Source: Octopus sinensis
Taxonomy: Eukaryota
Assembly: GCF_006345805.1 (NCBI RefSeq)
Contig: NC_042999.1
Coordinates: forward strand, 3,348,001 to 3,412,000
Reading direction: 5' to 3'
Length of the DNA: 64,000 nucleotides
Of the stretch, positions 11,832 to 24,563 are shown piece by piece. Made by a program: the position numbers and the translations under genes. The stretch's first letter is position 1, and every line of letters starts with the position of its first letter. Under the pieces are notes generated by a model. That model was given only the letters and a program-made list of their open reading frames with translations. It ran no database searches and was not told the origin of the DNA.

Positions 11832-12185
11832 AATTGAAATTAAAATCGATCAAAAATCAATGGAAATTGCAGTTGTGATACCAGTGCAGTGGCACATGAA
11901 AAGCACCATCCAAACGTGGCCTTTGCCAGTGTCACCTTGACTGGCTCCCGTGCTGGTGGCACGTAAAAAGTACCAATCAATCGTGGCCATTGCCAGCCTC
12001 GTCGGGCACGTAAAAAGCACCTACTACACTCACGGAGTGGTTGGCGTTAGGAAGGGCATCCAGCTGTAGAAACACTGCTAGATCAGACTGGAGCCTGGTG
12101 CAGCCTCCTGGCTTCCCAGACCCCGGTTGAACCGTCCAACCCATGCTAGCATGGAAAGCGGACGTTAAACGATGATGATGATGAT
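11832..12185 (+). mobile_element. RTE 3'UTR-only copy flanked by ~107-bp direct repeats
   Basis: 11725-11831 aligns with 12186-12293. Confidence 0.9.
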
Positions 12186-12527
12186 GTAATCATATGCATT
12201 ATATATGCCTTGCATTTCATGAAATAGCCTTCTGGTGTTTTGTGGGAGGAGAGATGTGCAGATATTTTTATTTCTAAAAGTTAAAATACATGACCAGTCT
12301 TTTTTTCAAGGAGCACAATTTGTTGGATCACAGATGTTTGGAGATTCAGTCACTGAAACAGCTGAATCGTTTCATGTTCAGGGACGTACAGTCTCTAAAA
12401 CCATGTTGGTATTCCAAAATCAAAGATAAAACCCAGTTCTGGCAAACATAATTCTGAATGAAAGGCTAAACTCACAGAGCACGACTACAGAATAATGAAA
12501 CATATTGTGTCTAAAAGCCATCAAATT

Positions 12528-12760
12528 AAGGCAGCAAGCTGGCAGAACCGTTAGCACGCCGGGCAAAATGCGTAGCCGTATTTCGTCTGCATTACGTTCT
12601 GAGTTCAAATTCTGCTGAGGTCGAATTTGCCTTTCATCCTTTCGGGGTCGATAAATTAAGTACCAGTTACGCACTGGGGTCAATGTAATCAACTTAATCT
12701 GTTTGTCTGTCTTCGTTTGTCCCCTCTATGTTTCGCCCCTTGTGGGTAGTAAAGAAACAG
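12528..12760 (+). mobile_element. Monomeric family-B SINE (tRNA-like head, conserved central domain)
   Basis: Head gcagcaagctggcagaaccgttagc; centre gcctttcatcctttcggggtcgataaattaagtaccag resembles the Meta-type SINE domain (from recall, unverified). Confidence 0.8.
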
Positions 12761-12779
12761 AATTAAGGCAGCTAAAGTA

Positions 12780-13739
12780 ACAACAGAGCTAAACTCCTAC
12801 CATGCCAACCCTGTGACAACCAGCATCATTAATCATGAGTTCTATAAATCTAAATCTGGATACAACGGGATGATGGCAGATGCTCCACATCTCCTGTCCT
12901 CCATCAACAGTGACAAGTGGGGAAAATGCTGTCTGTATTTTCAGAAGTGGTTAATAATGGCTCAGTGGAAAGATGTTATCTTTTCCAATGAATCTTCTTT
13001 TATACTTTTCCCACTTCAGGTTGAGTTTTTCTTTAGAGACAGTTCAAAGAAGCCATCAACCCTCACTGTTTGGCCCCTACCACAGAGCATGAAGGTGCCT
13101 CTCTGATGATTTAGGTAGCCATATCAGAATTCTCTTGGTCCTTTATTTCTACAAGCAGTTAAGACTAAGGTTTATCCGAGTATTTTGGTTGATTTTGTCC
13201 ATCCTATTGGTGCAAACACTTCCTTAATGGTAGTGTAATTGTCCAGGATGAAAATTCACATCATCATCATCATCAGTGTCATCGTTTAACGTCCGCTTTC
13301 CATGCTGGCATGGGTTGGACTGGTTGACTGAGGACTGGCAAGCCAGAAGGCTGTATCGGTCTCCAATCTGATCTGGCAAGGTTTCCACAGCTGGATGCCC
13401 TTCCTAACACCAACCACTCTGAGAGTGTATGGCTAATGTTATTCAAAATTGGTACAAAAAGCACAAAACAGAAGCAGACCACAATCACTAAATCTCAATA
13501 TAATTTATGGTATATTTTGAAACCACAAGAAACGAGCCACTTCCCTCCTTTGTTGAACATGAGAGAGCCAAAGAAGTCTTTACTTGAAGAATGGCTCAAA
13601 ATTCCCCTAACAGCTGATCAGAACCTGTATTCCTCAAAGTATTAATCATGTGACAGATGCCAAAGGTGGAACATCTTTGTATTAGATAATGCAATTGCCA
13701 TTTAACTGGGTGGTTCCATAATTTTGTCCAACCCCTGTA
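12780..13739 (+). mobile_element. Highly decayed Tc1-family transposon, interrupted by an RTE tail (13260-13430)
   Basis: WKDVIFSNESSF motif in ORF 12813-13106; right end ccataattttgtccaacccctg followed by TA. Confidence 0.7.
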
Positions 13740-14106
13740 TACATAATATACATTTAAGTAAAATAACTACATAATATATATCGGAAAACAATATCTATGC
13801 AATCTATACAACAATATCTATGGGAGGTACATTTGAATAAAATGTCCTAATAATGTATATGTGAATAAAATAGTAATGAAATGTACATCTGAATAGAATA
13901 AATATGTAATGTATACTTCAATACAATACCTGTATGATGTGCATTTGAGTTAAATAATTATGTAATATGCTCTGAACAGATTAAATATGTAATGTATACT
14001 GCAATACAATATCTATGTAATATACACATGAGAATGCGATATTTATGTAATTTATATTTCAATACAATATGTAATGTACATTTCAATAGAATATCTATGA
14101 AATGTA

Positions 14107-14152
<46 letters not shown>

Positions 14153-15030
14153 GTATGTGCATTTAAAGATAAAAACTATGAAATATATGCTTGAACACAA
14201 TATGCAATGATCATTTCAACAGAATATCTATTTAATGTAGATTTCAATAGAACAGCTGTGAAATATATACTTAAACACAATATGTGTGTAATGTGTGTTT
14301 GAGTGAAATAATTATGTAATGTATACTTCAATGCAATATCTATGTAATATACACATGAGAATGCGATATTTATGTAATTTTTATTTTAACACAATATGTA
14401 ATGTACATTTCAATAGAATATCTATGAAATGTATATTTATATATATATATATATATAATGTATGTGCATTTGAAGAGAAAAACTATGAAATATATGCTTG
14501 AACACAATATGCGATGAACATTTCAACAGAATATCTATTTAATGTAGATTTCAGTAGAACAGCTGTGAAATATATACTTAAACACAATATGTGTGTAATG
14601 TGTGTTTGAGTGAAATAATTGTGAAATGTATACTTTGAACTAATATCTCTGTAATAAAGACTAGAATGCAACATTTATATAATGTGTATTTCAAAACAAT
14701 ATGCAATGTATATTTAAATAAAATAACTGTAATATATACTTGAACACATTATAAACGTAATGTACATTAAAACAGACTATTTATGCAATGTATATTTGAG
14801 CTGAATAAACTATGTGACATATACGTGAACACAATATTTACATTCTGTATATCAGTACTGAATAGCTATGTAATATAAATTTTAATAGAATAACTATATA
14901 ATATATACGCCAATACAATATATGTAATGTACATTTGTACAGAATATCTATGTAATAACGTATATGTGACTGGAATATTTATCTGTTTAATGTACATTTG
15001 AACACAATATCTGTGTAATGTACATTTGAA
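13740..15030. repeat. AT-rich minisatellite (~26-30-bp degenerate monomer) with a ~330-bp higher-order duplication
   Basis: Monomer like aatacaatatctatgtaatgtacattt; ~14005-14330 repeated at ~14335-14640 (near-identical ORFs 13992 and 14319). Confidence 0.85.
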
Positions 15031-16624
15031 GAGAATAATTATGAGCTGTCAGTGTAGCTCAATATCTCGTTGGTTATTTTGTTTGAAAGAAACAATCATC
15101 AAAAGATGAGCTCGAAACATTTAAACTGGTGAACTCACTCACTCTGTTGATAAATAAATGAGATTAAACACCTTTCATCTTTCAATATAGATAAATGTAA
15201 TTTTTTGCTTGGAATATTTTCCTTTATTAGACCATTTATTCCATTTTTACTCTTTTATATATCAGATTTGGTGAACAATAGATGTCATTGGTGAACAATA
15301 GATGTCAGTTTCCAATTGGCCATTCACCGGTTCGCTTCCAACATTGACATTACAACAACCAAAAACACACACACAAAAAAAGCTATTGGAGAGGTGAACA
15401 TACTAAAAATCCTCCTAAAATGCAACACAAAATACGTCTTCCCCAATCTTAACTGCACACCAGAAACAGCAAATGGATGGTTAATATCATAGGCGTAGGA
15501 GTGGATGTGTGGTAAGTAGCTTGCTTACCAACCACATGGTTCTGAATTCATTCACACTGCTTATTTGGCATGGTTTTCTATGGCTGGATGCTCTTCCTAA
15601 CGCCAACCATTCCAAGAGTACAATGGGTGCTTTTATGTGTTACAACACTGGGGTGCGTTTACATGCCACCAGCACAGGTGCCAATTTGTGTGACACTGGT
15701 ATCTGCCATGACTGCAATTCTACTTGGCTTGATGGGTCTTCTCAAGCACGACATAATGCCAAAGGTCTCGGTCATTGCCTCCGTGAGGCCCAACGCTCGA
15801 AAGGAATTCAGCCACAGTCTGATCTGGCAGTGTTTCTACAGCTGGATGCCCTTCCTAATGCCAACCACTCCGTGAGTGTAGTGAGTGATTTTTACATGCC
15901 ACCGGCAAAGGTGCCAGGAGAGGCTGGCAATGGCCACGATCGGTTGGTACTTTTTATGTGCCACCGGCACAGAAGGCCAGTCAAGGTGGCGCTGGCATCG
16001 GCCAAGTTCAGATGGTGCTTTTTACGTGCGACTGGCACAGGTGTCACAACTACAATTTCCGGAAACCATAGATTGCCAAAGTTAACTCTCAAACATACAC
16101 ATCAAAATATTGGTTTTAAATTTTGGCACAAGGCCAGCAATTTGGGAGGAGGGGGTAAGTTGATTACATCAACCCCAGTGCTCAACTGGTGCTTGTTTTA
16201 TTGACCTTAAATGGATAAAAGGCAAAATCGACTTCAGTGGAATTTGAACTCAGAACATAAAGACTGGCGAAATACTGCTAATCATTTTCTGCAGTGCAGT
16301 AATGATTCTGCTAGCTTTCTGTCCTAGGACACATGCTCACACATCGAAATATTCTTTTCTACTCTATGCACAAGGACAAAAATTTGGGGGGAGGGGGGGC
16401 CAGTTAATTAGATTGACTCCAGTATGCAACTGGTACTTAATTTATCGACTCCCAAAAAGATAAAAGGCTAATCAGTTGATTGAAAACACAGTGAATGACC
16501 ACTAGAATCTTATCGTCTTCAGAGTCCAACACATTTATTGCCAAAATAGATGAAGATAGAAAGAGAGAAGAGATGAAAAGATATAAGAAGAGAAGATGTG
16601 TGTGTGTGTGTATATATATACATA

Positions 16625-17015
16625 TAGGTGCAGGAGTGGCTGTATGGTAAGTAGCTTGTTTACCAACCACATGGTTCTGGGTTCAGTCCCACTGCATCGC
16701 ACCTTGGGCAAGTGTCTTCTACTATAGCCTCGGGCCAACCAAAGCCTTGTGAGTGGATTTGGTAGACGGAAACTGAAAGAAGCCCGTCATATATGTATAT
16801 ATATATATGCGTGTGTGTGTCTGTGTTTGTCCCTCTAGCATTGCTTGACAACCGATGCTGGTGTGTTTATGTCTCCGTTACTTAGCGGTTCAGCAAAAGA
16901 GACCGATAGAATAAGTACTGGGCCTACAAAAGAATAAGTCCCGGGGCCGAGTTGCTCGATTAAAGGCAGTGCTCCAGCATGGCCGCAGTCAAAATGACTG
17001 AAACAAGTAAAAGAA
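16625..17015 (+). mobile_element. Full-length family-A SINE
   Basis: Same head, microsatellite and tail as 1983-2384. Confidence 0.9.
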
Positions 17016-17019
17016 TAAA

Positions 17020-17063
<44 letters not shown>

Positions 17064-18189
17064 ATATATATATCATCGTATTTTCACATCTGCCTTCCAT
17101 GCTGGCATTATATATACACACATACATGCAGAGGGTTTCATCAGTTTCTGTTCACCAAGAGTCTCTCACACAAAATTAACCAAATCAAAGATATAGAAGA
17201 GGGTTTTGCTCAAAGATGTCATACAGTCGCAGGAGTGGCTGTGTGGTAAGTAGCTTGCTTACCAACCACATGGTTCCAGATTCAGCCCCACTGCATGGCA
17301 CCTTGGGCAAGTGTCTTCTTGGGCCGACCAAAGCCTTGTGAGTGGATTTGGTAGACAGAAACTGAAAGAAGCCCGTCGTATATATATATATAAAGGTTAA
17401 AATTATAGTATTTTAATATGCTGCCACTTTTTTGATGGCAAAAAACTTCATCCTATAGCAGTAGTATATATATATATATATACATATCATCATCATCATC
17501 ATCATTTAACGTCCGTTTTCCATGCTAGCACGGGTTGGATGGTTCGACCGGGGTCTGGGAAGCCAGGGGCTGCACCAGGCTCCAGTCTGATCTGGTAGTG
17601 TTAGGATGCTCTTCCTAATGCCAACCACTCCGCGAGTGTATATATGTGTGTGTGTGTGTGTATATGTTTGTGTGTCTGTCTTTGTCCCCCCAACATCGCT
17701 TGACAACCGATGGTGGTGTGTTTACGTCCCTATAAGTTAGTAGTTCAGCAAAAGTGACCGATAGAATAAGTACTAGGCTTTCAAAATGTAAGTCCTGGGG
17801 TCAATTTGTTCGACTAAAAGGCAGTGCTCCAGCGTGGCTGCAGTCATATGACTGAAACAAGTAAAGAGTCAAATCAAATCAACTCAGACCTCTAAGGTTG
17901 TGAAAATAAACTTCTTAACTCCACAGCCATCCACATCTGCTGCTTTCTAAATTAGATTTTCATTGATACATTCTCAATTTGAAATGTCATTTATCTGCAC
18001 CTAATCCCCGACAAGACAAATCTTAATTTGCAAGAAATATCAGTAAACATTGATTTAAATACAATAGTTTAATGATGTCCAGTTGTCGGTTACAGTTATG
18101 AATCTGGTTTATGTGATAGCATTATTTACATAGCAACCATTGCTAAAATTACTAAATACCATGTAATGCGCTTGTGAACGTGTGCAGAA

Positions 18190-18296
18190 ATAAGGTGTCG
18201 GGTCATCTGAGGGTCAAATATTCTTCCTTTACACATTTTCATCTAAAATCATGGAATTTTGAAATATTTTGGCCTATTTGACCACCAGATGACCTG
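18190..18296. mobile_element. Short foldback/MITE-like hairpin
   Basis: gggtcatctgagggtcaaata ... tatttgaccaccagatgacc; spacer shared with 18870-19156. Confidence 0.6.
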
Positions 18297-18869
18297 AAAT
18301 GAGATATGAAGCATTAAAGAGAGAAATGCACCACCATGTTCCTTTCTGTCAAACTGGAAATCTTGACCCATCTCCAAATCGTGTCTGTGGTTTAAAGTGG
18401 ATTATCTCACAGGAATTTTCTGCTAATTTTTGTGTTGAACTCTCCACCTTTTCTCCTTCTTACCAAATATGTATCAACTGGTACCTCTTGGTACTTCTGT
18501 CCTGCCTGGGGATCTCTTGGCTTTCATGCCTTCCTTCTCCGATTTGTTTTGCATCTCTGATAATCTTTTATTCTTTTACCTGTTTCAGTCATTTGACTAT
18601 GGCCATGCTGGAGCACCGCCTTTAATTGAACAAATCAACCCCAGGGCTTATTGTTCGTAAGCCTAATACTTATTCTATTAGTGACTTTTACCAAACTGCT
18701 AAGCTACGAGGATGTAAACAAACCAGCATCGGTTGTCAAGTGATGGTGAGAGGACATAGACACACACAAATATATATATATATATATATACACACACATG
18801 CAACGGGCTTCTTTCAGTTTCCATCTACAGAATCCACTCATAAGGCTTTGGTCCATAATCTCTACTGGG

Positions 18870-19156
18870 GCCCAGCAGTAAAGTTAATGGTGGACACTTC
18901 TGATAGGGTCCTAGAGAAGACTCTACCCTATCCACTGACCACTTTCCGGAATAGTGGGTTGTGGAAAAACGGATAGTGGTAGAAATTCTTCCTTTACACA
19001 TTTTCCTCTAAAATCATGAAATGTTGAAATATTTCGGCATTTCTACCACTATCTATCCATTTCTACAACCCACTATTCCAGAAAGGGTCAGTTGACGGGG
19101 TAGAATCTTCTCTAGGATCCTATCAGAAGTGTCCATCATTAACTTTACAGTTGGGC
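18870..19156. mobile_element. Foldback MITE with ~115-bp inverted arms and a ~55-bp spacer
   Basis: 18870-18986 is the imperfect reverse complement of 19039-19156. Confidence 0.85.
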
Positions 19157-19184
19157 TGTTCCTAAGAATGCCTAATAGAGATTC

Positions 19185-19590
19185 TCTCTTTCTCTTTTAC
19201 TTGTTTCAGTCATTTGACTGCGGCCATGCTGGAGCACTGCCTTTAGTCGAGCGAATCGACCCCGGGTCTTATTCTTTGTAAGCCCAGTACTTATTCTATC
19301 GGTCTCTTTTGCTGAACCGCTAAGTGACGGGGACATAAACACACCAGCATCGGTTGTCAAGCAATGCTAGGGGGACAAACACAGACACACAAACACACAC
19401 ACACACACATATATATATATACATATATACGACAGGCTTCTTTCAGTTTCCGTCTACCAAATCCACTCACAAGGCATTGGTCGGCCCGGGGCTAAAGCAG
19501 AAGACATTTGCCCGAGATGTCACGCAGTGGGACTGAACCCGGGACCATGTGGTTGGTTAGCAAGCCACTTACCACACAGCCACACCTGCA
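19185..19590 (-). mobile_element. Full-length family-A SINE
   Basis: Reverse complement of 1983-2384; further A copies at about 29470-29870(-), 30295-30740(-), 41440-41825(-), 45925-46322 and 47357-47740. Confidence 0.9.
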
Positions 19591-20149
19591 CCTGAGATTA
19601 TGGATATTATCTAAGCATCTCCCCCTTGCTCTGCCTCTAAGTCTCCCACCAGTTGTCTTAGCTGGAAGAATTTTCTTGTGATTCTTTCTCGCAACATTTT
19701 AATCACAGTGCAGACACGGGTGTGAGGGAGGAGGTTTACTTCCCAACCACACGGTTCCTGATTCAGTCCCACTGTGTGGCACCTTCAGCCAGGGTCTTCC
19801 ATTGCCCCTATCAACCAAAGCCATTTGAGTGAATTTCAAGAAACAAACAGATCAAACCCAAAACCGTGTGGTTGTGAGCTGCTTAACCACACAGCCATTC
19901 CAGCTGCCTAAACTGTATTTTTGTTGGTAGATTCTCAACTGGGAATGTTGTCTATTAGCACTTAAGTCTTTGTGAGACAGTGTGAATAAATGAATCTTAA
20001 TTCATAAGCAATTTTGGTAAACATTGATTTTAATGCAACAGTTTAATGAAGTGTGGCTATCAGTTAGGTTTATGGCTGCGAATACACAATGGCTTTGTTT
20101 ACATTGTAATCATCAGCGAGATTACCGAATTGTATTTAATGCTCACCAG

Positions 20150-20380
20150 GGTCTATTTGCAGATGACCTCGATAACGAGCAACAGCATCAACAGACTCTG
20201 TGACGAGGGGGCGGAACCTGCTGAACGTCTCTGGCTGCTGAGATGTCCGGTCCTGATGGTGGGACACTATATCCGAAACTAGGGGCTACAATGGATGAGA
20301 GGATTCGTCTCCTCCCTTCCGCGGCTCCAGCGCTTCTGAGATTCATTCTCAGGCGCTTGAGGTGACCAACAACAACAGCT
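20150..20380 (+). mobile_element. Possible LINE 3' end (decayed CCHC-like C-terminus, (CAA)n tail)
   Basis: RLCDEGAEPAERLWLLRCPVL resembles a LINE C-terminal zinc knuckle; ends ccaacaacaacagc. Confidence 0.4.
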
Positions 20381-21654
20381 GCATCACAACTGAGCACTTT
20401 AAAGGATATGTTGAGTAACATCATCATCATCATTGTTTAACATCCGTTTTCCATGCTAGCATGGGTTGGACAGTTCGACTGGGGTCTGGGAAACCAGGAG
20501 GCTGCACCAGGCTCCAGTCCGATCTGGCAATGTTTCTACAGCTGGATGCTCTTTCTAACGCCAACCACTCTGTGAGTGTAGTGGGTGCTTTTTATGTGCC
20601 AGGCGAAGCTGGCAATAGCCACGATTGGTTGGTGCTTTTTACGTGCCACCAGCACGGAGGCCAGTTGAGGTGGCACTGGAAACGGCCACGTTCGGATGGC
20701 TCTTTTACATGCCACCGGCACTGGTATCACAACTACAATTTCCATTGATGATTATTATTCTGATGCACATGTGAGCTTTGTATATGTTGTGAGGAATGAC
20801 AAAGGATCGATGCTAACAGAGGGGTTTTGGGGGTGCAAATGACTCAGTTATACCAAATTTCACTATAAACATTTTTGCTGTAGGAAAATTCGCCGTAAGA
20901 AATTTCCTTTTGAATGACCTCATTATATTTTTTTAATGTTTGACATTTTGTAAAGATTAGTCTATCTGATGCTTTTCTAAAACCTTTTTATCATTATTTG
21001 TTTTTTATTATATAAGTTATTTAGAGATAGTAGTCCTCATCATCACACCATATAAAAGAATGTATGTATGTATATATGTATGTATGTATATATATGTGTG
21101 TATCTAATGTTTGTCTCCTCCCAACATCGCTTGACAACCGATGCTGGTGTGTTTACATCCCCATAACTTAGCAGTTTGGCAAAAGTCACCGATAGAATAA
21201 GTATTAGGCTTACAAAGAATAAGTCCTGGAGTCGACTTGTTTGACTAAAGGGGGTGCTCCAGCATGGCCACAGTCAAATGACTGAAACAAGCAAAAGAAT
21301 AAAAGCTTATCAGAGATGTAAAACAACTCGGAGAAGTAAGGTATGAAAGGTGAGAGAGCCCCAGGCAGGACAGAAGTACAAAGAGGTATCAGTTGATATA
21401 TATTTGGTAAGAAGGAGAAAAGATGGAGACTTCAACACAAATATTAACAGAAAATTCCTGTGAGATAATCTACTTTATACTACAGACACGATTTGGAGAC
21501 GGGACAAGGTTTCCAGTTTGACAGAAAGGAACATGGTGGTGCATTTCTCTCTTTAATGCTTCATATCTCATTACTTGTTCTTTTTCAATGGTTCTTCTTG
21601 CTTCCATGGCAGTTGATGTCTGTGATCAGATATGATTTTTCTTCCTTGTATACC

Positions 21655-22070
21655 TATTTCTTTACTACCCACAAGGGGCTAAACACAGAGAGGACAAACA
21701 GATTAAGTAGATTACATCGACCCCCAGTGCATAACTGGTACTTATTTAATCGACCCCGAGAGGATGAAAGGCAAAGTCGACCTCGGCAGAATTCAAACTC
21801 ATAACTTAGTGGCAGACGAAATACGCATTTCTTTACTACCCACAAGGGGCTAAACACAGAAGGGACAAACAAGGACAGACAAACAGATTAAGTCAATTAC
21901 ATCAACCCCAGTGCGTAACTGGTACTTAATTTATCGATCCCGAAAGGATGAAAAGCAAAGTCGACCTCGGCGGAATTTGAACTCAGAATGTATTGGCAGA
22001 CGAAATACCGCTAAGTATTTCGCCCACCGTTCTAACGTTTCTGCCAGCTCACCGCCTTACTTCCTTGTAT
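21655..22070 (-). mobile_element. Family-B SINE multimer (one head plus two bodies)
   Basis: Two ~185-bp body units in tandem followed by one head. Confidence 0.85.
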
Positions 22071-22497
22071 ATTAGTACACTATAGGATGCCCAGTGTTCA
22101 GTTCAGTGGTCACATTGGATCATAAAGTCCCAAAGTATATTTTGGTGTGGAAGAGGCAGAACCATTAGTGTGTTGAACAAAAGCACCTAGCAGCATATCT
22201 TCTGTTTTTTTTTACATTCTAAGTTCAAACCCCACTAAGATCAGCTTAGCCTGTCCATCCTTTCAGGGTCAATAAAATAAACACCCTGTCAAAAATTAGA
22301 GACAGTCTGATTGATTAATCCCTACCGAAATTTGTTGGCCCTGAGTCTAAACCAGAAACTTTTATTAAGCTGAAGAACTTACAACTAGAAAGAATTCTGC
22401 TCTGTTAATGAAGTAATTATGCTTAATAGCGGTCAGTCTATTAATTTTTCTCATTCCAATCGAAACATTCACCACGGATATTTTTCCACTTCTTTAA

Positions 22498-22714
22498 CCC
22501 TTAAGCATTCAGATTTCTCTGTCAAATATGATGCTTCTTTATTCACTTTGTTTTGAATCAATTAAGCATCGTCTCATAAGCTTTAAGATTTCAAAGAAGT
22601 GACTGTATATCTTCAGAATGGTATTGTAAGGTGGCAGAGGTCAGCTCTGGCCAGTTCAAACATAAAACAGACAGAATATTTTGAGCAGATATGGTCGATT
22701 TAAATGTTAAAAGG
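22498..22714 (-). mobile_element. TTAA-flanked piggyBac-type MITE (family P1)
   Basis: ttaa|cccttaagcattcag ... ttaaaagg|ttaa; inverted copy of 25800-26019. Confidence 0.75.
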
Positions 22715-22859
22715 TTAAATTTTAAATAACTGTTCAGCACTTCTACCATTTCATTTGAAAACCAATGATAATACATATAAATATTTAAACAGTCGAGGTA
22801 ATTAAAAATCAGTTAATTATTTTGATAATTAATTTTATTAAATTCATAGACATTCATAC

Positions 22860-23640
22860 TACTATTAAACCTTTCCGATTTTTGTAGCAGGCTGCAGTTT
22901 ATGAGGAAAGGCAGCTAGTTGATAACATTGACCCCCCACCCCAGTACTTGACTGGTACTTTATTTTACCTACCCAAGGAGGATAGAGGACATAATTGCCC
23001 TTGGCAGGATTTGAGCTCAGAATGTAGTGAACTGGAAGAAATACCACAAAACGTCATTTCTTTTCTACTCTGGGCACAAGGCTTGAAATTTGGGGGGGGG
23101 AGGCCAGTTGAATAGACTGATCCCAGTACACAACTGGTACTTAATTTATTGACCCCTAAAAGGATGTAAAGCAAAATCAGCCACGGTAGAATTTGAACTC
23201 AGAACGTAAAGACAGACAAAATACCTATTTCTTTACTATCCACAAGGGGCTGAACACAGAGGGGACAAACAAGGACAGACAAATGGATTAAGTCGATTAT
23301 ATCGACTCCAGTGCGTAACTGGTACTTATTTTATCGAACCCGAAAGGATGAAAGGCAAAGTCGACCTCGGCGGAATTTGAACTCAGAATGTAGCGGCAGA
23401 CGAAATACTGCTAAGCATTTCACCAGCTAACCACCTTAATATTCTTTTCTACTCTAGGCACAAGGTCCAATATTTTGGGGGAGGGGGGCCAGTCGATTAG
23501 ATCAATTCTAGTACACAACTGGTGATTAATTTATCAACACCGAAAGGATGAAAGGTAAAGTCAACCTTGGCAGAATTTGAACTCAGAATGTAAAGACAGA
23601 TGAAACACTGCTAAACATTTCACCCCGCCAGTGTGCTAAT
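22860..23640 (-). mobile_element. Cluster of family-B SINE bodies with two alternative 3' tails
   Basis: Tail 1 ...gtagtaaagaaatagg and tail 2 ...gccttgtgcctagagtagaaaagaata on the same central domain. Confidence 0.75.
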
Positions 23641-24523
23641 GACCTCACCACATTTTGCATATTTTTTTTTCATTTTAGAATATGCTGTTATAATACCCCT
23701 TATCATTCTCCATATGGTGAATTTGTCTTGTGGTGTATTTTCCTAGACAGTGAAATTTCTTACAGCAAATTTTCTTGACACAATTCTATCAGTCCTTTTT
23801 ATTGCCAAACTCTTACATGTGGGTGAAAACAAGAGTTGAAGGACAAACACGTGCTGCAAGATGACATACCCCACAACCCCCAACAGAGCTGATGGCCGTT
23901 CAAGAATTTGGACCTGGAGATCTCCATTTCCAGCGACTTCGAGGGCCACCTCCCAGTGGTGTCAGGTGTCAACGAAGAGCCCTCGACTACAAGACGACCA
24001 AAGTTGATTTTTTTCTCTAAGGTCTGGGGTCTCCCACCCCTAAGCCCTAGACCATCACCTAATCACCCTTACCCATCTTGTTGCTTAACAACAACAACAG
24101 AGCTGATGCAAAAAGAAGCATCCTGTTATTGGCAATCAATTTGAGCAGCAACAACACAGAACTTGTGACCCCTCTTTAATCTTGTCGAAAGGAACCCAAC
24201 TTCTATAATGATGGTGCCATGGAAAAATGTACCCAGTACACTCTGTGAATTGGTTGGTGTTAGGAAGTACATCATGCCATAGAAACCATTCCAAGGATGA
24301 GACATTGGAGCAAGATATGGTCCTTCAACATGTTAAATCCCGCCAAGTGATCCTACCAATGCCAGCATGGAAAACAGACACAAAGTGAGGATGAAGATGG
24401 TAACAATAGTTTATAAATATATGTATATGTGTGTGTATAATATATAGTGTAAATATAATCTGAATAAGAAGACAAAGAAAGTTTTTGACACATCTTTATT
24501 ATGTATGTATGTCTGTGTGTGAG

Positions 24524-24563
<40 letters not shown>

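Noticed and set aside
20250-20285. ctgatgg...ccgaaactag hammerhead look-alike
   Set aside because: Core A9 is mutated, there is no cleavage triplet or stem I, and a LINE C-terminus explains it better.
23800-24120. GC-richer segment ending in (CAA)n, possibly a LINE 3' end
   Set aside because: No diagnostic motif in any frame; left unassigned.
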